A stretch of DNA of 64,000 nucleotides from Halocafeteria seosinensis (taxonomy: Eukaryota). Below are positions 12,871 through 26,638 of the stretch, piece by piece; position 1 is the first letter of the stretch; every line of letters starts with the position of its first letter. The notes beneath the pieces were generated by a model that saw nothing but the letters and a program-made list of their open reading frames with translations, was not told the DNA's origin and did no database searches. The stretch is taken from assembly GCA_001687465.1 (NCBI GenBank), contig LVLI01000020.1:62001-126000 (forward strand), read 5' to 3'. A program made the position numbers and the translations under genes.

Positions 12871-13826
12871 ATGATAATGTTGTCTATTAAATGGAATGAG
12901 GTGCTCTCTGCATCCTCATCAGCCTTGATTGAGTATCTATGTTACGGCATGATGGTGAGCGCATGTCTGACGTTCGGCGCTCTCATGTTCATTCCAGCGC
13001 CTTACGGGAAGCACGGACAGAATGCTTCCAGTCTATGGGGATGCAAGGTACCGGGACGATTGGCATGGATTCTACAGGAAATCCCTTCGTTGGTTGTGCC
13101 CATCATGATGTTCATCTGGAATGACGTCAGACTGGACGCAATTCCATGGAGAAACGCAATCCTGGTAGCCGGCTTCTTCATTCACTACGTGAATCGGTCG
13201 ATCATATACCCCCTACAAATGCAAAATCCGTCAGGAACTCCATTCATTGTAGTGCTCATGGCTTTCAGCTTCTGCACGGTGAATGGGTAAGAGTTCCGCA
13301 GATCGGTTTCGATGCTCTCCCAACGATCATACCTCCGATGTTTCTCTGCAGGTATTTGCAAAGCAGTTGGTTTATTCAGACTGCTCCAGTGCAACCCACT
13401 AATATGATCCAGTACGTCGTAGGACTGTGCTTGTTCATAGGAGGGTGGGCCATCAACCTGCACGCGGATTCCGTCCTGCGAAATCTTCGCACGAGGCACA
13501 ATCCGGACTATCACCCGAAGACGAGATATTACATCCCAAAAGTGAGTTTTATTCCTGTTTCTTGTCTTGAATACTAAACTGTAAGAAAGTCGGAGTCGAT
13601 GCAGGGGGGCTTATTCGAGTACGTTTCCGGAGCAAACTTCTTCGGAGAAATCTTGGAATGGTTTGGATTCGCCTTGGCTGCCAATACATTACCTGCATGG
13701 GCCTTTGCTATATTCGCGTTTTCGAACATTGCTCCCCGTGGCTGGCAGCATCACCAATGGTATCTCAATAAGTTTAAAGAAGAGTATCCTTCTTCCCGCT
13801 ATGCTGTAATCCCGTTTGTTTGGTGA
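12871..13826 (+). CDS. SRD5A1: 3-oxo-5-alpha-steroid 4-dehydrogenase (SRD5A1/DET2-like), three exons
   Basis: 'APYGK', 'AWILQEIPS', 'HYVNRS', 'GGLFEYVSGANFFGEILEW', 'HHQWY...YP..R.A.IPF' motifs. Confidence 0.9.
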
Positions 13827-13840
13827 CGAAGTACGTGCGA

Positions 13841-15801
13841 TCAAACGTCCGTGCGCAAGTCCATCGGAGCCCGAGTTACATTGTCTAACATGTCTTTCAA
13901 CGTCAAATCGTTAGATTCGAAGCGCTCTCCCCACTCTTCCAGAAGTAAGACAAGTTCATCGATATCCGAGGTTGTATAATCTTCGCAGCGATCGACACAA
14001 TCTTTAAGAAGGTCTTCAACTCTTTGACGAGAACTGGTGGCAAGCACGGTTTTTCGATGCTCTTGGATGAGTTGCCTCAACTCTACTGATTGAGTTTCTA
14101 CGTCTGCTTCCTCATCATCAGTTGAGGAGTCTTCGGATTCCTCATATTCATTCTCATAACTGGATGCGTATTCCTTCGCCATTTGCTCAGTATGGGCTGC
14201 CCCTTTGCTTGGCCTTCGACAGGAATTTCGAAGATTCTCTATCAGCATGTCTAGTTTGTCCAGCGCCCCCGGGACAACGACATGTCCTTCGGTTCGAATG
14301 CAGAAGAATACTGCCGGTATGCCTAGAAGAATCGTCACTCTGTTGATTAATTCATTGAGCCACGCTGCTCTGCGATGCTTTATGATATGTGCTGTTGCAA
14401 TTGCTGATAGAAGAGCAACAAAAAGAAGCTGCGAGTTGTCGATCAGTGACGTTTGGCAGATATGGTTATACGCGTAAGGTCAAGCAGTAGCACGTACTCG
14501 GGGAAGGTTCATTCCTTTGCCGACAGAAGTAGCCCATGAGAGTACACAGCTGAGTATTGGAAGCGGTATCAAAATCGCCAATAGAGCAAGAGAAGAGTAT
14601 TTGGCGTATATGGCTTTTGTCTGTAAATCAATAAACTCTCCTTCCTCTGGTGATTCCCCCAAGGAAGTCGCCATGAGAAGTACGAACACGAGTCTGCAAC
14701 CAAGAGGTAGAATAATCTTAATTCATTCGTCCCCTTTTTGTAGTTTACTTACTTCTGCAATATCATCCCCATGCTGCTTGACAAATACAAGTGCGGAGCC
14801 CAACGGACTATTGTCTGAAGATCAAGCAAAAGCATCACCAACAGCGATATCCAGGAAAAGACTTGCCACAATTTCGGTAACACTAGCTTCTTTTTGTATT
14901 TCTGATGCAGGAGCATTGTGACATAGCCCGTAAGGAACGCAACGAGAGCACTTGACCATCTCACTGTATGCCGCTGGAAAAAGTGATCTGTCACCAGCTT
15001 GGAGGAAAGAATTTCCTCATATAATAGTCGTTTTGGTGGCTGGAATACCATGTGACAAACGAGCCCTACAATTCCAAATGTACACGTCACCAAGGCCAAA
15101 GATACTTGCGCGTTGCGCGTATACATTTGCGGAATCCGGTTTCTTACCCTCCTCGGAAGCTTTCGTAAAGTCTCCTCCCGTAGCAGAGAAGCCATCTTCA
15201 GGGCTTTCACAGAGAGGAACAGAACTACTAATATACAAATGTTGCACCATAGCAAAATTTGAAAAGGTATAATCAAAGGAAGACAAAAAGCCCGTATTCG
15301 AGGAGTGCTCGGAATGAGTAGCAATGCCCTCCAAACCCCGTCACATGTAGCCGAATGTGGCCATATCACCCATCCGAGCGTTATGGAAAGTAGTGCATAT
15401 GAGAGCACCGCCACAACGCAGTACGAATGAATTCGTACAATTCGTTCCACGAGGGCTTTAACTAGCTCTTTCCATGTGAAATGCTCCAACCGAGAAGCCT
15501 GCAACTAGCATAGAAACACACTATTGCGCTATTGTCCGAAGTCATATTGAAAGCGACGTACCGGGTGGAAGTGTTTCCGAGCTGCCAGGTACCCAGACAC
15601 GACACAGATGGCCTCAAATGCGAGATGCCCCGTCAGGAAGAAGGCCAAAACTGTGTGTCGTAGCTGCTGCTGGAGTAGAATAGCCCCAGCATCCGTCTGG
15701 AAACTATTGGCTACATATAAAACGACATGGCTCCCTCCCCATAGCGTGGCCAGTATGCGTATTAAGTCAATTTTCCATAGCCTACGATGCTTGAATGGCA
15801 T
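13841..15801 (-). CDS. Multi-exon membrane protein with acyltransferase-3-like N-terminus
   Basis: 'KIDLIRILATLW', 'GHLAFEAICVVSGYL' and 'ERIVRIH..Y' resemble Acyl_transf_3 motifs (LDGLR / GVD.FF.LSG / R..RI); successive hydrophobic ORFs; exon boundaries approximate. Confidence 0.5.
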
Positions 15802-16019
15802 GATCCTCACTTAACACATAATCACGCTAGAATTCTATTACAGCCATGTGTTTCTATTGCATCAATACATCTGGTTGTACCAGTCTACTACATACTTTTT
15901 CGTGCGACTGGAAAGAGACAATAAACCACTGGTATTGGGTACATTGGAGAACCAACGAGTTTGGTTGGTCCTCACTCTACAGCTACCATAGATTTCTCGT
16001 CCACTTCCACAGTTTCTTC

Positions 16020-19000
16020 TTACGTCGCTTTATTTTCGGAAGAAGACCATGTCAGGAATTCTACGCCAGTCCCGCAAACGATGATGTCGAACCCGTGCTC
16101 TGAAGTTCGTCGAACGTCAATGTTCATAACGTCGGGACAAGAACAGCAAAACGTATCCATCAACACTACAGAGCATTCTAAGGGATCTAGTCGCCATATA
16201 GTAAGACGCTGATCCAGAGACGCAGCAAAAATAAAAGGAAATACAATTTTGACGCCTTTGATTGCAGAGGACGAAACCTGATACGCAGTCTCTCTTGAGA
16301 TACTCGAAGCCTCCCCCAGTCCTTTGTGGCGAAGTAAGCTTAAATATCCATCGTCCCCGCCACAAGCGACAATATATTCCCCTTTCTCTTCCAGAGGAAA
16401 CGAATCTATAGCGTTAGCTCCCATCTCACATGCTACGGCGCCGGAACTGGCCAAGCGTGTAAAACTCTCAAGCACCTGCTTGCCGCTTTCTGAGGCAAAG
16501 CTTGGTTTTAAATTGACAGTCAACACAGCACCATCACTTGATCCCACTGCTAAACAGAAATTATTGTGATCATAGTACTGAAGTGATACGTCCAGGAGCG
16601 GAACATCTGAAATTTGTATCGTAGTAATTAAATCGCAGCATCGGTACTTGGGAGCTACGGCAAAAACCAGGAGTTCACCTTGCGTATTGCCACAAAAACA
16701 CACAGCATTAACCTCCCAGAACAGTCCCTCTCGTTTGACGACTCCTGAAATGGCGGTGAGTGCGAGGGAGGTTATCCGTTGGTCCAAATCAGCATTCTCT
16801 CTACGGAAGCTGCAAACCCATTCTATACTATCGCCTTTTCCCTTCTGAGACATGGTAGGAGACAACATCCACATACACACCGTTTCCTTCCCACCTCCAG
16901 TAGCAAACAAGCAGTCTCCTCCATTCAAGTTCAGAATACCGATGCTGTTAACAACAGTGATATTAGCGATTGCGGCTTGCGATGGTATAACTTCCTTGTT
17001 TCTGCGTCGCCACAGCAACGTGTTGAAGTCTTCGCCGACTGATACCAAGTGGTCGTCTCCTATCCAACGAACTGAGGTGACTGCCCGTCCATGACTACTC
17101 TCTCTAACTGATTTGACAATTTTCGATGAAGAAACGGGTCTCGAATTCAATACTCGTAGCATGAATACTTTTTCGTCACCTCGTTCAACGAAGTGTTTGC
17201 TCTTCTGCTGAGGGCAGTCGGCGAACACAAATTCCTTACTTAAGTCTCCTCCAAACGAGCGCAAGCAAAACGGCCGCTTGAATCCACCCCCTTCAAAATG
17301 GAACAAATGTAAACAGCATGTTCCCGAAATCTCGACAGCTGAGAACTGTGACAAATAGAATCCTGAAAGCTGCAAACCTGATGATACTGGTTGGCCGTCC
17401 ACTCTACAACTTGAAGGCCTGGCCTCCTGAGCTGACGGAAGTCCACTGAGCCTTATTTGTCCTACTCTGTATAAACTGACTGACCCATTTTTATTGCAGA
17501 GTTGGTAGACAAACCTACCTTCACCATCATCGTTGATGCATAAAGATTCATCAGCATCATCTACTTCGTCTCTCGATCCGCGACGTTTAGCCACTTTTGC
17601 AAGTTTCTTGCGTTCCTTTCGGCTCCGTCCCTCAATCTTCGAGGACACCAAGTCACTCTCGCCTGGAAGGCTCCGTGGCTGCTGCAAAGACCCTCCTTCA
17701 TCAGTGAATGCCGTCCAGGTAGCTGAAGAATCAGAGAGAGCAGGACGAAAATCTGAACGATGATATCGTGCGTCGATCCAACGACAAAGAGAGAATTTGC
17801 ACTCTTGTTTGCTAGGCAATACCACCACCGAGTACAGCACGACCCCATCTGCCCCGGTCGACGTAATCCGGCAACTGAGAGGATCGCCCTCAGTTCGCAA
17901 TGGATCAACCCCCACGCATGTTATGTGGTTTGTTCCATGGGTTCCAGTCGCTCTTGCAAGTGGGGCAACTGGATATAAGCCCTCACGGCACTGACAAGAA
18001 ACAGAAAATACACACAACCCACCGTGACTTTCGCCTACCACCAAGACATTATTGATCCTGTCATAGTCTACTGCTGTTGCCGAAGATAGTGTACTGGGTA
18101 GTATAAACGTGAGAAGCTTGCGAGCGCATTTCGCTTCGTGATCCACTCTCCATAGGCTCAACTTGCCAAAGCTTCCCGAGACGAACAAATCTTCTTCAGC
18201 ATTGTTTCTTTTCCTCAACCACGAGACAAAACATACACGACTGTGCTCCTCCGCGCATACTGAATAAACAAAAGAGTGCGAACACGGTGTGACCAAACCA
18301 ATAGCATCAAAAGCCACTAGAAAAAGATCTCCGGACGCCGCTCCAGCCACTACAGAGCCAGTGGACGTGCACATATCTGAGCAACAAATGGTTGCCGGTG
18401 AAGGGTTACGCGTCGTATCCGATAAGTAACAAGAATGAATAGTCGCAATAGCCCCTTCGGCGCGAAGCTGAGCAAAGACGAGAACAAGCTGCTTCTGATA
18501 ATTCACCAAAAAAAGGATCCCCTTTGTGGATATCATCCAAAGTAAATGGTCATCGATTATATGTACTGCTCGAATATTTCCGAAGTCACCTTGAGTCATG
18601 CAGGGTTTGAAACCTGTCGAATCTAGGGGCAACTTCACTCCAAATTCAGAATAAAGCCTGGCTGAATTGGGCAGGCTCTTGTGGAATTCTTTGTTTACAA
18701 CGGTCTGTGGCTGCTGAAGGGAGGCTGGGAAAAGCATAAGGCTTGCACGGGAAACTTTTTCGAAGTTCAAAGGTCCTTGTTCCTTCTGCTTAGATGACAT
18801 AGCTGTACTCGAAGAAAGGTACCCTAGTTCAACAATATGATCAAATTTGTGTCTGTTCCATACTCTCACAGCCCCATCATCTCCGCCGGTGGCAAAGAGA
18901 GAGTCATCGACAGGAAAGCAAGCAAGCTTTCTACAATTCTTTGATGTGTGAACATCTAGTTTATACAGCATTCTGCCAGCTCGGTCGAATGTTGCAATAC

Positions 19001-20022
19001 AACCGTCCTCTCCTGCTGAAAACACTTTATCATCTTGCAGGGCCACATCCCAAACTCTTCCGCTATGAGCATATTCGGTCCAGTTCAGCTCAGCCACAAA
19101 CGTTCCTTGTTCTCGGTTCACGCTCCACCACCTTACTGATCTGTCGGCTCCAGCACTTAAAAGACATTCTCCACAGTACATGACTGCGTTTATTTCCCCA
19201 TTATGACCCTCCAGTTTCTGTATTACTGAGCCGGATTCCAAGTTCCATACAAGAATTGTGCCGTACATTGTGCCAGCGAAAGAAATATCGTTACCATCAT
19301 CTCCGTGAAAGATATCCATACAGTACAAAACTGCTCTTGCTGGGCCTTCTACATACTTGATCACTGATGATTTGCCAGTCCCGGGATCAATGCTCAGTTC
19401 ATACACACTGTTGTCTCGAAGGCCAATAGTTAGATTCCCCCTTCGCATCGTGTCTTCCCTTATTTTCACTTTCAGCACCCAATTTTTCATACGTATCGAC
19501 TTTGAATAAGGTGTTATTTCCAATGGTTTCGGCTGATTTCCGCCGCTCAATACTTGAACATTGTACACCTGAAGTTCTCGATCCCCGTAAATGACGAGTT
19601 GACTCCCATCTGCATATCGTAGAGTAGCGCAAGTTACGTTCAGAAACGAGCACACGGATGAATACCGCTGTCCATCTCTTCAAATCTGAGGCAGTATGCC
19701 ACACGCGCGCGTACCTGACGTGAATTGTAGTCCATGAATTCTCGCGATATCAGACCATTGCAGTCGTACTGACGCCGTTGTCGGAGCCACTTCATCCTGA
19801 ATTCCCGTGTATACCAGCAGATCGTAGCCAGAGCCTGCACCCAAGCGAAGGCGTCAATATATCTCTGACACACATTGTGCAGTAAAAAGAGAAGAAAATT
19901 GACATGAACGAACCTACGAAAAGCCACGGGTGAATGGGATGGAATGCCAGAGCTGTGACAGGGCCATGGTACTGCACAGACTCTATTCTCCCGCCACCGC
20001 CATCATCCAGCGAGAGTGACAT
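16020..20022 (-). CDS. WDR6: WD40-repeat protein WDR6/Trm734-like (tRNA 2'-O-methylation cofactor)
   Basis: ~1200-aa WD40 ORF plus 5' exons; 'GPVTAL', 'AHSGRVW', 'ATGGDDG', 'GGGFKRP', 'HGR.V', 'SLDQRL' motifs in WDR6 order. Confidence 0.8.
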
Positions 20023-20114
20023 ACTTGTCGCCGTCGTCCTCCTTCAGGGTGACTATCCTCCGTAGGAGGAGCAATAACAAGCCGTATGCCCGACAAGACT
20101 CTCTGGTTGTGAAT

Positions 20115-22578
20115 ATGAATGAGGAAGGACCTTCACAAAACTTTCTCTGTCATGATCTTGAGGCTATACAGAGCCGTATACGGCGTATCTTAGGGTTTGT
20201 TGTAATCGAAGATGCATACCGAGAGAGTAGTGTTGTCTGGAGACCATGTGCACAAATGAGCAGCGTGGAGTGGATGAAATCTCTCTGGAACTCGGTGTGG
20301 TGTCGTAAGGAGGGCCATCAGCATGGAGATAATGGCATTCAAGCTCATGTTTCCAAGGTATCCTTAGAAAATAGAGATTCACCCCGGCGAGGAGATAACT
20401 ATAAGCGAGTGGGAGGGTTTAGCTCGCCGGCCACGAAACAGAAATGTGGGCCACAGTCTCCCTCGACGCCACGATTGTCCAGGCAGCATCATGTTGGCAC
20501 AACGGGCTCATGGTTGGAAGGGAATAGTTATATAGTCGGGGATGAGGATACACTGAACTTGTCTTCCTCGCTTCGTGGACTGCGTCTTTCAGATTTCTTA
20601 CACAATGAAACTCACCATCAGACAAGTTTTGAGTACAAGACAAACGGCAGCATGCACGAATACGCAACGCAGGACTACCCCAGACCTCAAAGCGAAAGGA
20701 AAAATGCCAGGCAGGACAAAGACTCAAGATACCCGAAACAAGAGAATGAACGAAGTAAGAGTGCTGGTGCATATCGGCGATCGCGATCACGGTCGCCAAA
20801 TTCATCAGTCAGATTTCGCGACCAACCTGAGTCCTACGGGGATGGGTATACGGACATACTGCACGATGAGACAGGTGAAGCATCGCTGGTGTCACGTGTG
20901 GTGAGTGTACAACGTTCTCACTCGAGGGAATCCTCTCATTTACAAGCTCAGAGTCGGTCAAACTCCCGCTACCGATCGATGAACAGGAGGTCAAACAGTG
21001 CGAGAAGTTACTCACCTATTCAGCACGACGATTCCAAGAGAATACCGGGACCTACAGTTAGGTCAAGAATGCAATTTGAAACTCCCGAATATAGAACATC
21101 GTGGTCTCCCGGGTCGTTTCAGTCTCCGAGGCAGACGAATACTAGAGCCAATCGCAAGCAGTGTGGAGTCGATAGCGTAGCTGAAGATATTGATAATTTT
21201 GCAAACTTTGAAGCAGACGTTGTAAAAAGATCGTATGAAACGTTTGTTTCGGAATCTAGAGGAACTCAAGATATCATTGATGCCCAGGCCAAACGGTTAT
21301 ACAGCCAGAAGCAAGCTTTCGAAGACGAGCAACGGAAGGAGTTCGAAGAATTTGAAGCTGTGATTGAAGAGAAGCGAGAAAAAGAGCGAAAAGAGCGGGA
21401 GCGTGAAGAGGAAGCACAACGAAAGAAACAAGAAGAAGAGAGGAAGAAGAAAGAAGCTGAGGAGGCCCGTAAGAAGAAAGACGAAGAGCAGAAGCACAAG
21501 GCAGAGCAAGAGAAACGAAGAGCAGAACGAGATAAAGCAAAAGAAGCCAATAACTTAAAAAGCAATGTACAGGGAGAATCTCTTGAGCAAAGAATTATCC
21601 AATTCATTAGCAGCGTGGATACTATGAATGATAAAGCTCGAAAGTTGCGGAAAGATGAACCGTACAAAAGTATCAGACGAAAGATTCGCTCCTCTGTCAA
21701 CGAGATACATGGAAGCATCAAGCAAGTGCAAAAAGCATCCAGTCTTCTTCACGATATTATACAACAAAGTAAGAACATTGAAAGCGGAGAGGATTTTACT
21801 CTGTTTTCCATTGCAGACTTCTTAGTGGTAAACGTAAGTCCCCGGGTCTCTAGATATCACTTTATACTAAAAGATTACCGTTGCATTTCTCGATGCAGCC
21901 AAGTTTAGACGCATTTTCCAACGAAAGCAAGACGTTTGCTCTCGCTGGCGTGTTGACAAATCTTGCAGCTCCCAACCGTCGGCTTGCAGATTATGTTGTG
22001 GGGCTAGCGGCTAAGAAAAACCCCGCATTGATCCCCAAGCCTCCCTCAGAAAGTGTAAGTGATTTCTTGCATTGACATATATGCTGTGCTGTTTCCCAAT
22101 AATCCAGTGCATTGTCTATGAATAGCAGTATACGAGAGATGGTGCTTTAGGCAGTACCGCCGTGCTTGCGGCATTTATGCAAGGTAGCGCCCAAGCAAGC
22201 CAGCACCCATTTGGCCTGAACAAATGCTGGGAAATCCTTACGCGTATTTTGAACAGGAAACCATCGGCGCTCACGACGGGAACAGTGCTTACGCTCCTTA
22301 AATTTGCTGGATATGAACTTTATCGAGCTTATAGACGCCAGGCATCCAAACTGTTCCGATTTATACACGTCAAATATATCTCCAAGCTACAAGAGAGGGA
22401 AAAAACTTTGGACGAAGAAAGTCGTGGCTCCGAGCATGTCCTCGTTGCCAAGCTGTCCTCCTGGTGTGACGAGACTGCAAGAAATGGATATAAGATTAGC
22501 CATCCTCCGGAGGGATGGAGCTTGCCGAACGAATTAATAGTGCACGAAGTCGAGCAGAGCAATGACGGTTGGTTTTGA
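20115..22578 (+). CDS. GLE1: Nucleoporin/mRNA export factor GLE1 (multi-exon; start uncertain)
   Basis: Low-complexity N-terminus, E/K/R coiled coil, C-terminal 'CWEILTRILN..P...LLKFAGYELYRAY.RQ..KL...I...YI'. Confidence 0.8.
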
Positions 22579-22659
22579 TGCGCCAGTCAAATACCTGGAC
22601 GAGCAATATTGTCCTTGATGTTTAACAATTCCTTTCACAGCTTTGAAGAAAGCTTATTT

Positions 22660-23956
22660 CTAGCTGCTCCATATGGCAATTTCCTTCTTGTCGATGGATA
22701 GGTCTGAGAATGCAAGCAGTTGATCCGAGGGATGCACAGCCATGGCTAGTATGGGTTTCTTGAAGTACTTAATCCTTTGCACCAGTTCCTCGCTTTCTGA
22801 GTTCCATATGTATACCTGTGTGTCGAGAGCGTCTCTAATGGATGCTATCCAATACAGGGCATCCATGAGTAGAACTTACTTGGCCATCTTCGCTACCAGA
22901 AACAACATAGCCGGCTTCCGGAAGACTGAATGCATTGGCACAACAGTGCTCTTGGTTCACATGTCCTCCGTAAGTTCTCACCGGTAAACCATTCGTGTAA
23001 TCCCACAGCGAGATCGTATCATCCATGGTGGACACCAATATGTAGGAATTGTTTGGAGAGAAGCGAACATAGGAGCTGGATGTCTAGAGAGCGATGAGTT
23101 ATTCAGCGGACTTAATGGTTTTTAATATTTGCTCCACTATTACGTACACTTTTGAAGTCTTCTCATCGTCGAAGAACGTATATCTGCAGCTCCCTGTTGC
23201 AATATCCCATACCCGGCTGCACAAAGTTGATTGTACTTAGAAATCACTAAATAGAAGGAAACTAGAGCAATCAATACGTACCAAACTCCATCAAAACTAC
23301 CCGAAGCAACAGCGAGTCCATCAGAGCTGCAAGATACTGAAGATACTGGACCCGCGTGGGCTGGAATCGTTCTCACGCAGTACTTTTGTCGGAGGTCCCA
23401 GATGCGTATGCTGTGGTCATACCCACCCGATACAACGACGTTGGGATCTCCTGGGCAGAAATCAACGGTAAAAACGTGGCTTGTATGGCCTTCAAGAGAC
23501 AGTAAGCATTGCTCCTGTGGAACCATTGCACAAGTTAATCACCTCATTCAAAACAGCCGCCACCGTCAGAAACGACCTACCGTAGACGCGTCCCATATTC
23601 TCGCTGTATGATCGTCTGAGGCTGAAGCAAGCCGAACATTGTCCGGGCACCACGCTACATCGGAAATGCCGTACTCATGCCCTTTCAGGGCGGTCGAATT
23701 CCATCGGATACTGCGTGAACTAGTGCCTCCCGTCACTCGTCTCTTTCTCCATACTCGTACAGTTTTATCACTCGCTGCACCATGGCACGCTATAAGGAAA
23801 TACGCTTGTATTGCATAACGAAAGGATGGTATACGTACAGCATGATGCCAATAAATCGCTCTCTGAAGCGAAAGAGAGCGCTGTCACAGGCTCCACATGC
23901 CCCTGTAAACTCTCTGAAAAATGATACAAGGGGTTCTCTCCCTCATTGCTCTCCAT
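22660..23956 (-). CDS. WDR5: WD40 protein WDR5/Swd3-like (COMPASS subunit), multi-exon
   Basis: 'GHEYGISDVAW', 'VRTIPAH.GPVS', 'RFSPN', 'RTYGGHVN', 'VVSGSEDG' across small exons. Confidence 0.75.
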
Positions 23957-24238
23957 CTTATATTATTCCGTCTCACTACTCTGTATATATCAGACTATAC
24001 CTGAAGATAATTATGCACCAATCAATCCCCTGGGACAGAGTGTACAGTCTGTACCTATGCTATGATATCCGTGAACTTTGATTGAAGTTTAACTTAGACT
24101 CTTAAGGAGAGCCTTAGGAGACCACTGTACATTGAGCAACGACCATTAATACTATCCGAATGTTCGTTCGCGAGTTTAGAACCTTAATGTACATTCCTTC
24201 AAGTGCTCGGTTAGATTTGGCAATCAAACTGCGAATCG

Positions 24239-25629
24239 CTAACTAGGCTTCCCGAGATGGCGAAGCAAGGCTCTATAAGACTCTGTGCGATTGCCTTCAG
24301 AGTCGCGAATTGTTACACACTCTTTTATGGGAGCACTCCCAGTCGACACTCCCTTAGACTCTTCTCTGTCTTTCTTTGCGACGAAAACCACAAATAGTGG
24401 ACGTTTGCCCTCTTTGGGGATCGCATCAACAGTTCTCCGCACTCTAAGTCCCGCGTTCTCCAATGCATGAAGTGTTCGGTCACGAGCTAAAGCGGTGTTA
24501 ACCACCACAAAGAATCCAGTTTCCGGTTTCAATAGAGCACTAGCTGCTCGCGCATATACCTCTATACCTCCTTTGAGTTCAAAAAGGCACCCGGCACTCT
24601 CTGGACAAGCGGGCATCCCTCCTTGCTCTGACGGAAAATAAGGAGGAGTTCCGGTAATCATGTCAAACGTCCCATTGCGGAGTAGCGAACGTAAGGCCGG
24701 AACATCCTGAATATCTTGCTGATAGACAGAGACACGCTCGCTACATCCTGAACACGAGTAGCGTGTAAATGACAGCACCCCCTGACTTCTATCGTTTCAA
24801 ATCTGACTTACCATTATATTGAACCGATTTTTCCGCCATCTCCTTACGCAATAACTGTGCTTCCACACCGGAGCAGGTCGCTAGCGGTAAAGCCCAAGCA
24901 ATCATGAGCAACACAGAGCCAATACCACAACCCAAATCTAAATAGTTGCATTCCATAGCAGATTTATCAGGCATCGCTTTCTCCAGCGGCTGGTCAAAAG
25001 GTTTTTCTGCGTCAAATCTTCCGTTGTTTTCGCGATACGGAAGAACTGGTCGAGCGAACCCATGCGTTACCGCTTCTCTCCAAGCCACCCACGCGGTCAC
25101 AACGTCATCAGTGCTATATCTGTGTTTCGTAGTCTGCGCAGGCGACGCAGAAATTTTTTAAAGACCTCTTAAAACAGGCATGTCTTAACCAAAATAATAA
25201 ACCAACCTTCTGAAAAATTTTCCACTTCCCGGCTAAGAAGCATACTTCCTCGTCTTCTTGGGGATACAATTTAGGATCTGTTAAAACGGTGGCATCTCCC
25301 GGTGGAATAGGACCGGGAGCCTCGAAATGGGCATATTTCCGCGGCGTTGTCTGAATCCTGTCCTTCTCCGGGCGGAATCGCTTCTTGGTCCGTCTGATTA
25401 TCCCCGTACCAGTGCATACTGTACATGGCTTCTGAACTCGCTTCTTACAGATGCTGCCTTGCCCTTGACATTTCCAGCACGGTCCACCGTCATTCACATT
25501 ATCCACGTGATGTACCACGGTTTGCTCCTGCGCTGTACAGCTCCCAGAAGCACCACCAGCACTAGCAACACTATTAGTGCTGTCCATAGAGGCATCATTG
25601 GATGCTGCATGCTCACTACTCATGGTCAT
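24239..25629 (-). CDS. TrmN6/YfiC-like SAM-dependent methyltransferase with N-terminal CxxCxGxG zinc finger (three exons)
   Basis: 'YSTDDVVTAW', 'LDLGCGIGSV', 'GVEAQ', 'FDMITGTPPYF' motifs; N-terminal CWKCQGQG...CTVCTGTG. Confidence 0.75.
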
Positions 25630-26059
25630 CCAATTACTCGGATAGAAGAGTTAGACAGCCAATCTAATTCCACTAGCGGGTGTATACCACTCTTAGAAAC
25701 GTGTCAACAGAGATGGCGGACTAGCTTTCAAAGCCATACACGTCCCATGGAGCCTCATAATGGAGCTCGGCTTCCGAAGTTCACAACCTCAGCTTCACAG
25801 AAGTTGGATGACCATGAATCGTGACATGAAGTTTCCAGAGGCTTGTGCGCTTGACATTCGGGAATTCACGAAGGGGAGACTTGTGCAAAAAATACTTGTT
25901 GAGGGTATCATAGGTGATACTATTGATATTCCTCGCATTCTCGCTGGTCGATGTAAGCGCAGGTTTGGAAGGATACGAACTATTACGAAGTTACTGAGTC
26001 GTCTTCTGTTTCTAGCAGTTGCCAAGTATTAGAACTGTTCTAATAGAACAGCAGCAGCA

Positions 26060-26638
26060 ATGGGTTGGGAATGGAGAGTATTTTTCGCCGTAGATCGCGC
26101 GGATACTTGCTTTGACATTTGGCGAACACTAGGAATCAGCGTCGGCGGATCTGCAGGAGAAAGGCGAACTGATAGATACGTTGCTGTGTCTCCAGATTAT
26201 GGACTGAAGCTGCGAGGTAATGGAGGGTGGGAGTTAAAGATCCGAAAGCAATACGCGGAAGACTCTCTAGAGAAGTGGGGGAAGTATCATCTGAGTGGCG
26301 TAAGCGATGCTAGTGAGCTCTCAAGTGCCCTAAAATCCGGCGGGTTACCTCAGGTGACAGCCATTCTAGACCGTAACGGGATGCATATCGTTGACACAAA
26401 GAAGCATAGGTACCAAGTTCAATGGGAAGGAGTAGTGCTGGAGCAAGTGGATTGTGAGCTTGATCTATCCGAAGGGCGAGGCGTTCAACACCTTCGTTCG
26501 ATATGTTGCGAGGGCGACGAAGCTACCGTGCGAACCCAAAGTAAACGTATTCGCTCTTCATTGGAACAAGCAGGCGTTGAGTTTTATACGGAAGGATATC
26601 CGGAAATGATATGTAGAGTGCTCGGGATTGCTTCGTGA
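26060..26638 (+). CDS. CYTH/triphosphate tunnel metalloenzyme-like protein
   Basis: 192-aa ORF with 'WEWRVF', 'RTDRY', 'LKLRG', 'ELK', 'KKHR', 'E.E' and 'GYP' motif order. Confidence 0.55.
   Translation: MGWEWRVFFAVDRADTCFDIWRTLGISVGGSAGERRTDRYVAVSPDYGLKLRGNGGWELKIRKQYAEDSLEKWGKYHLSGVSDASELSSALKSGGLPQVTAILDRNGMHIVDTKKHRYQVQWEGVVLEQVDCELDLSEGRGVQHLRSICCEGDEATVRTQSKRIRSSLEQAGVEFYTEGYPEMICRVLGIAS

Noticed and set aside
21266..21721. Antisense and alternate-frame ORFs over GLE1 (similar cases over YJU2, SF3A1, NUP62, CCDC57)
   Set aside because: Shadows of low-complexity or coiled-coil coding sequence
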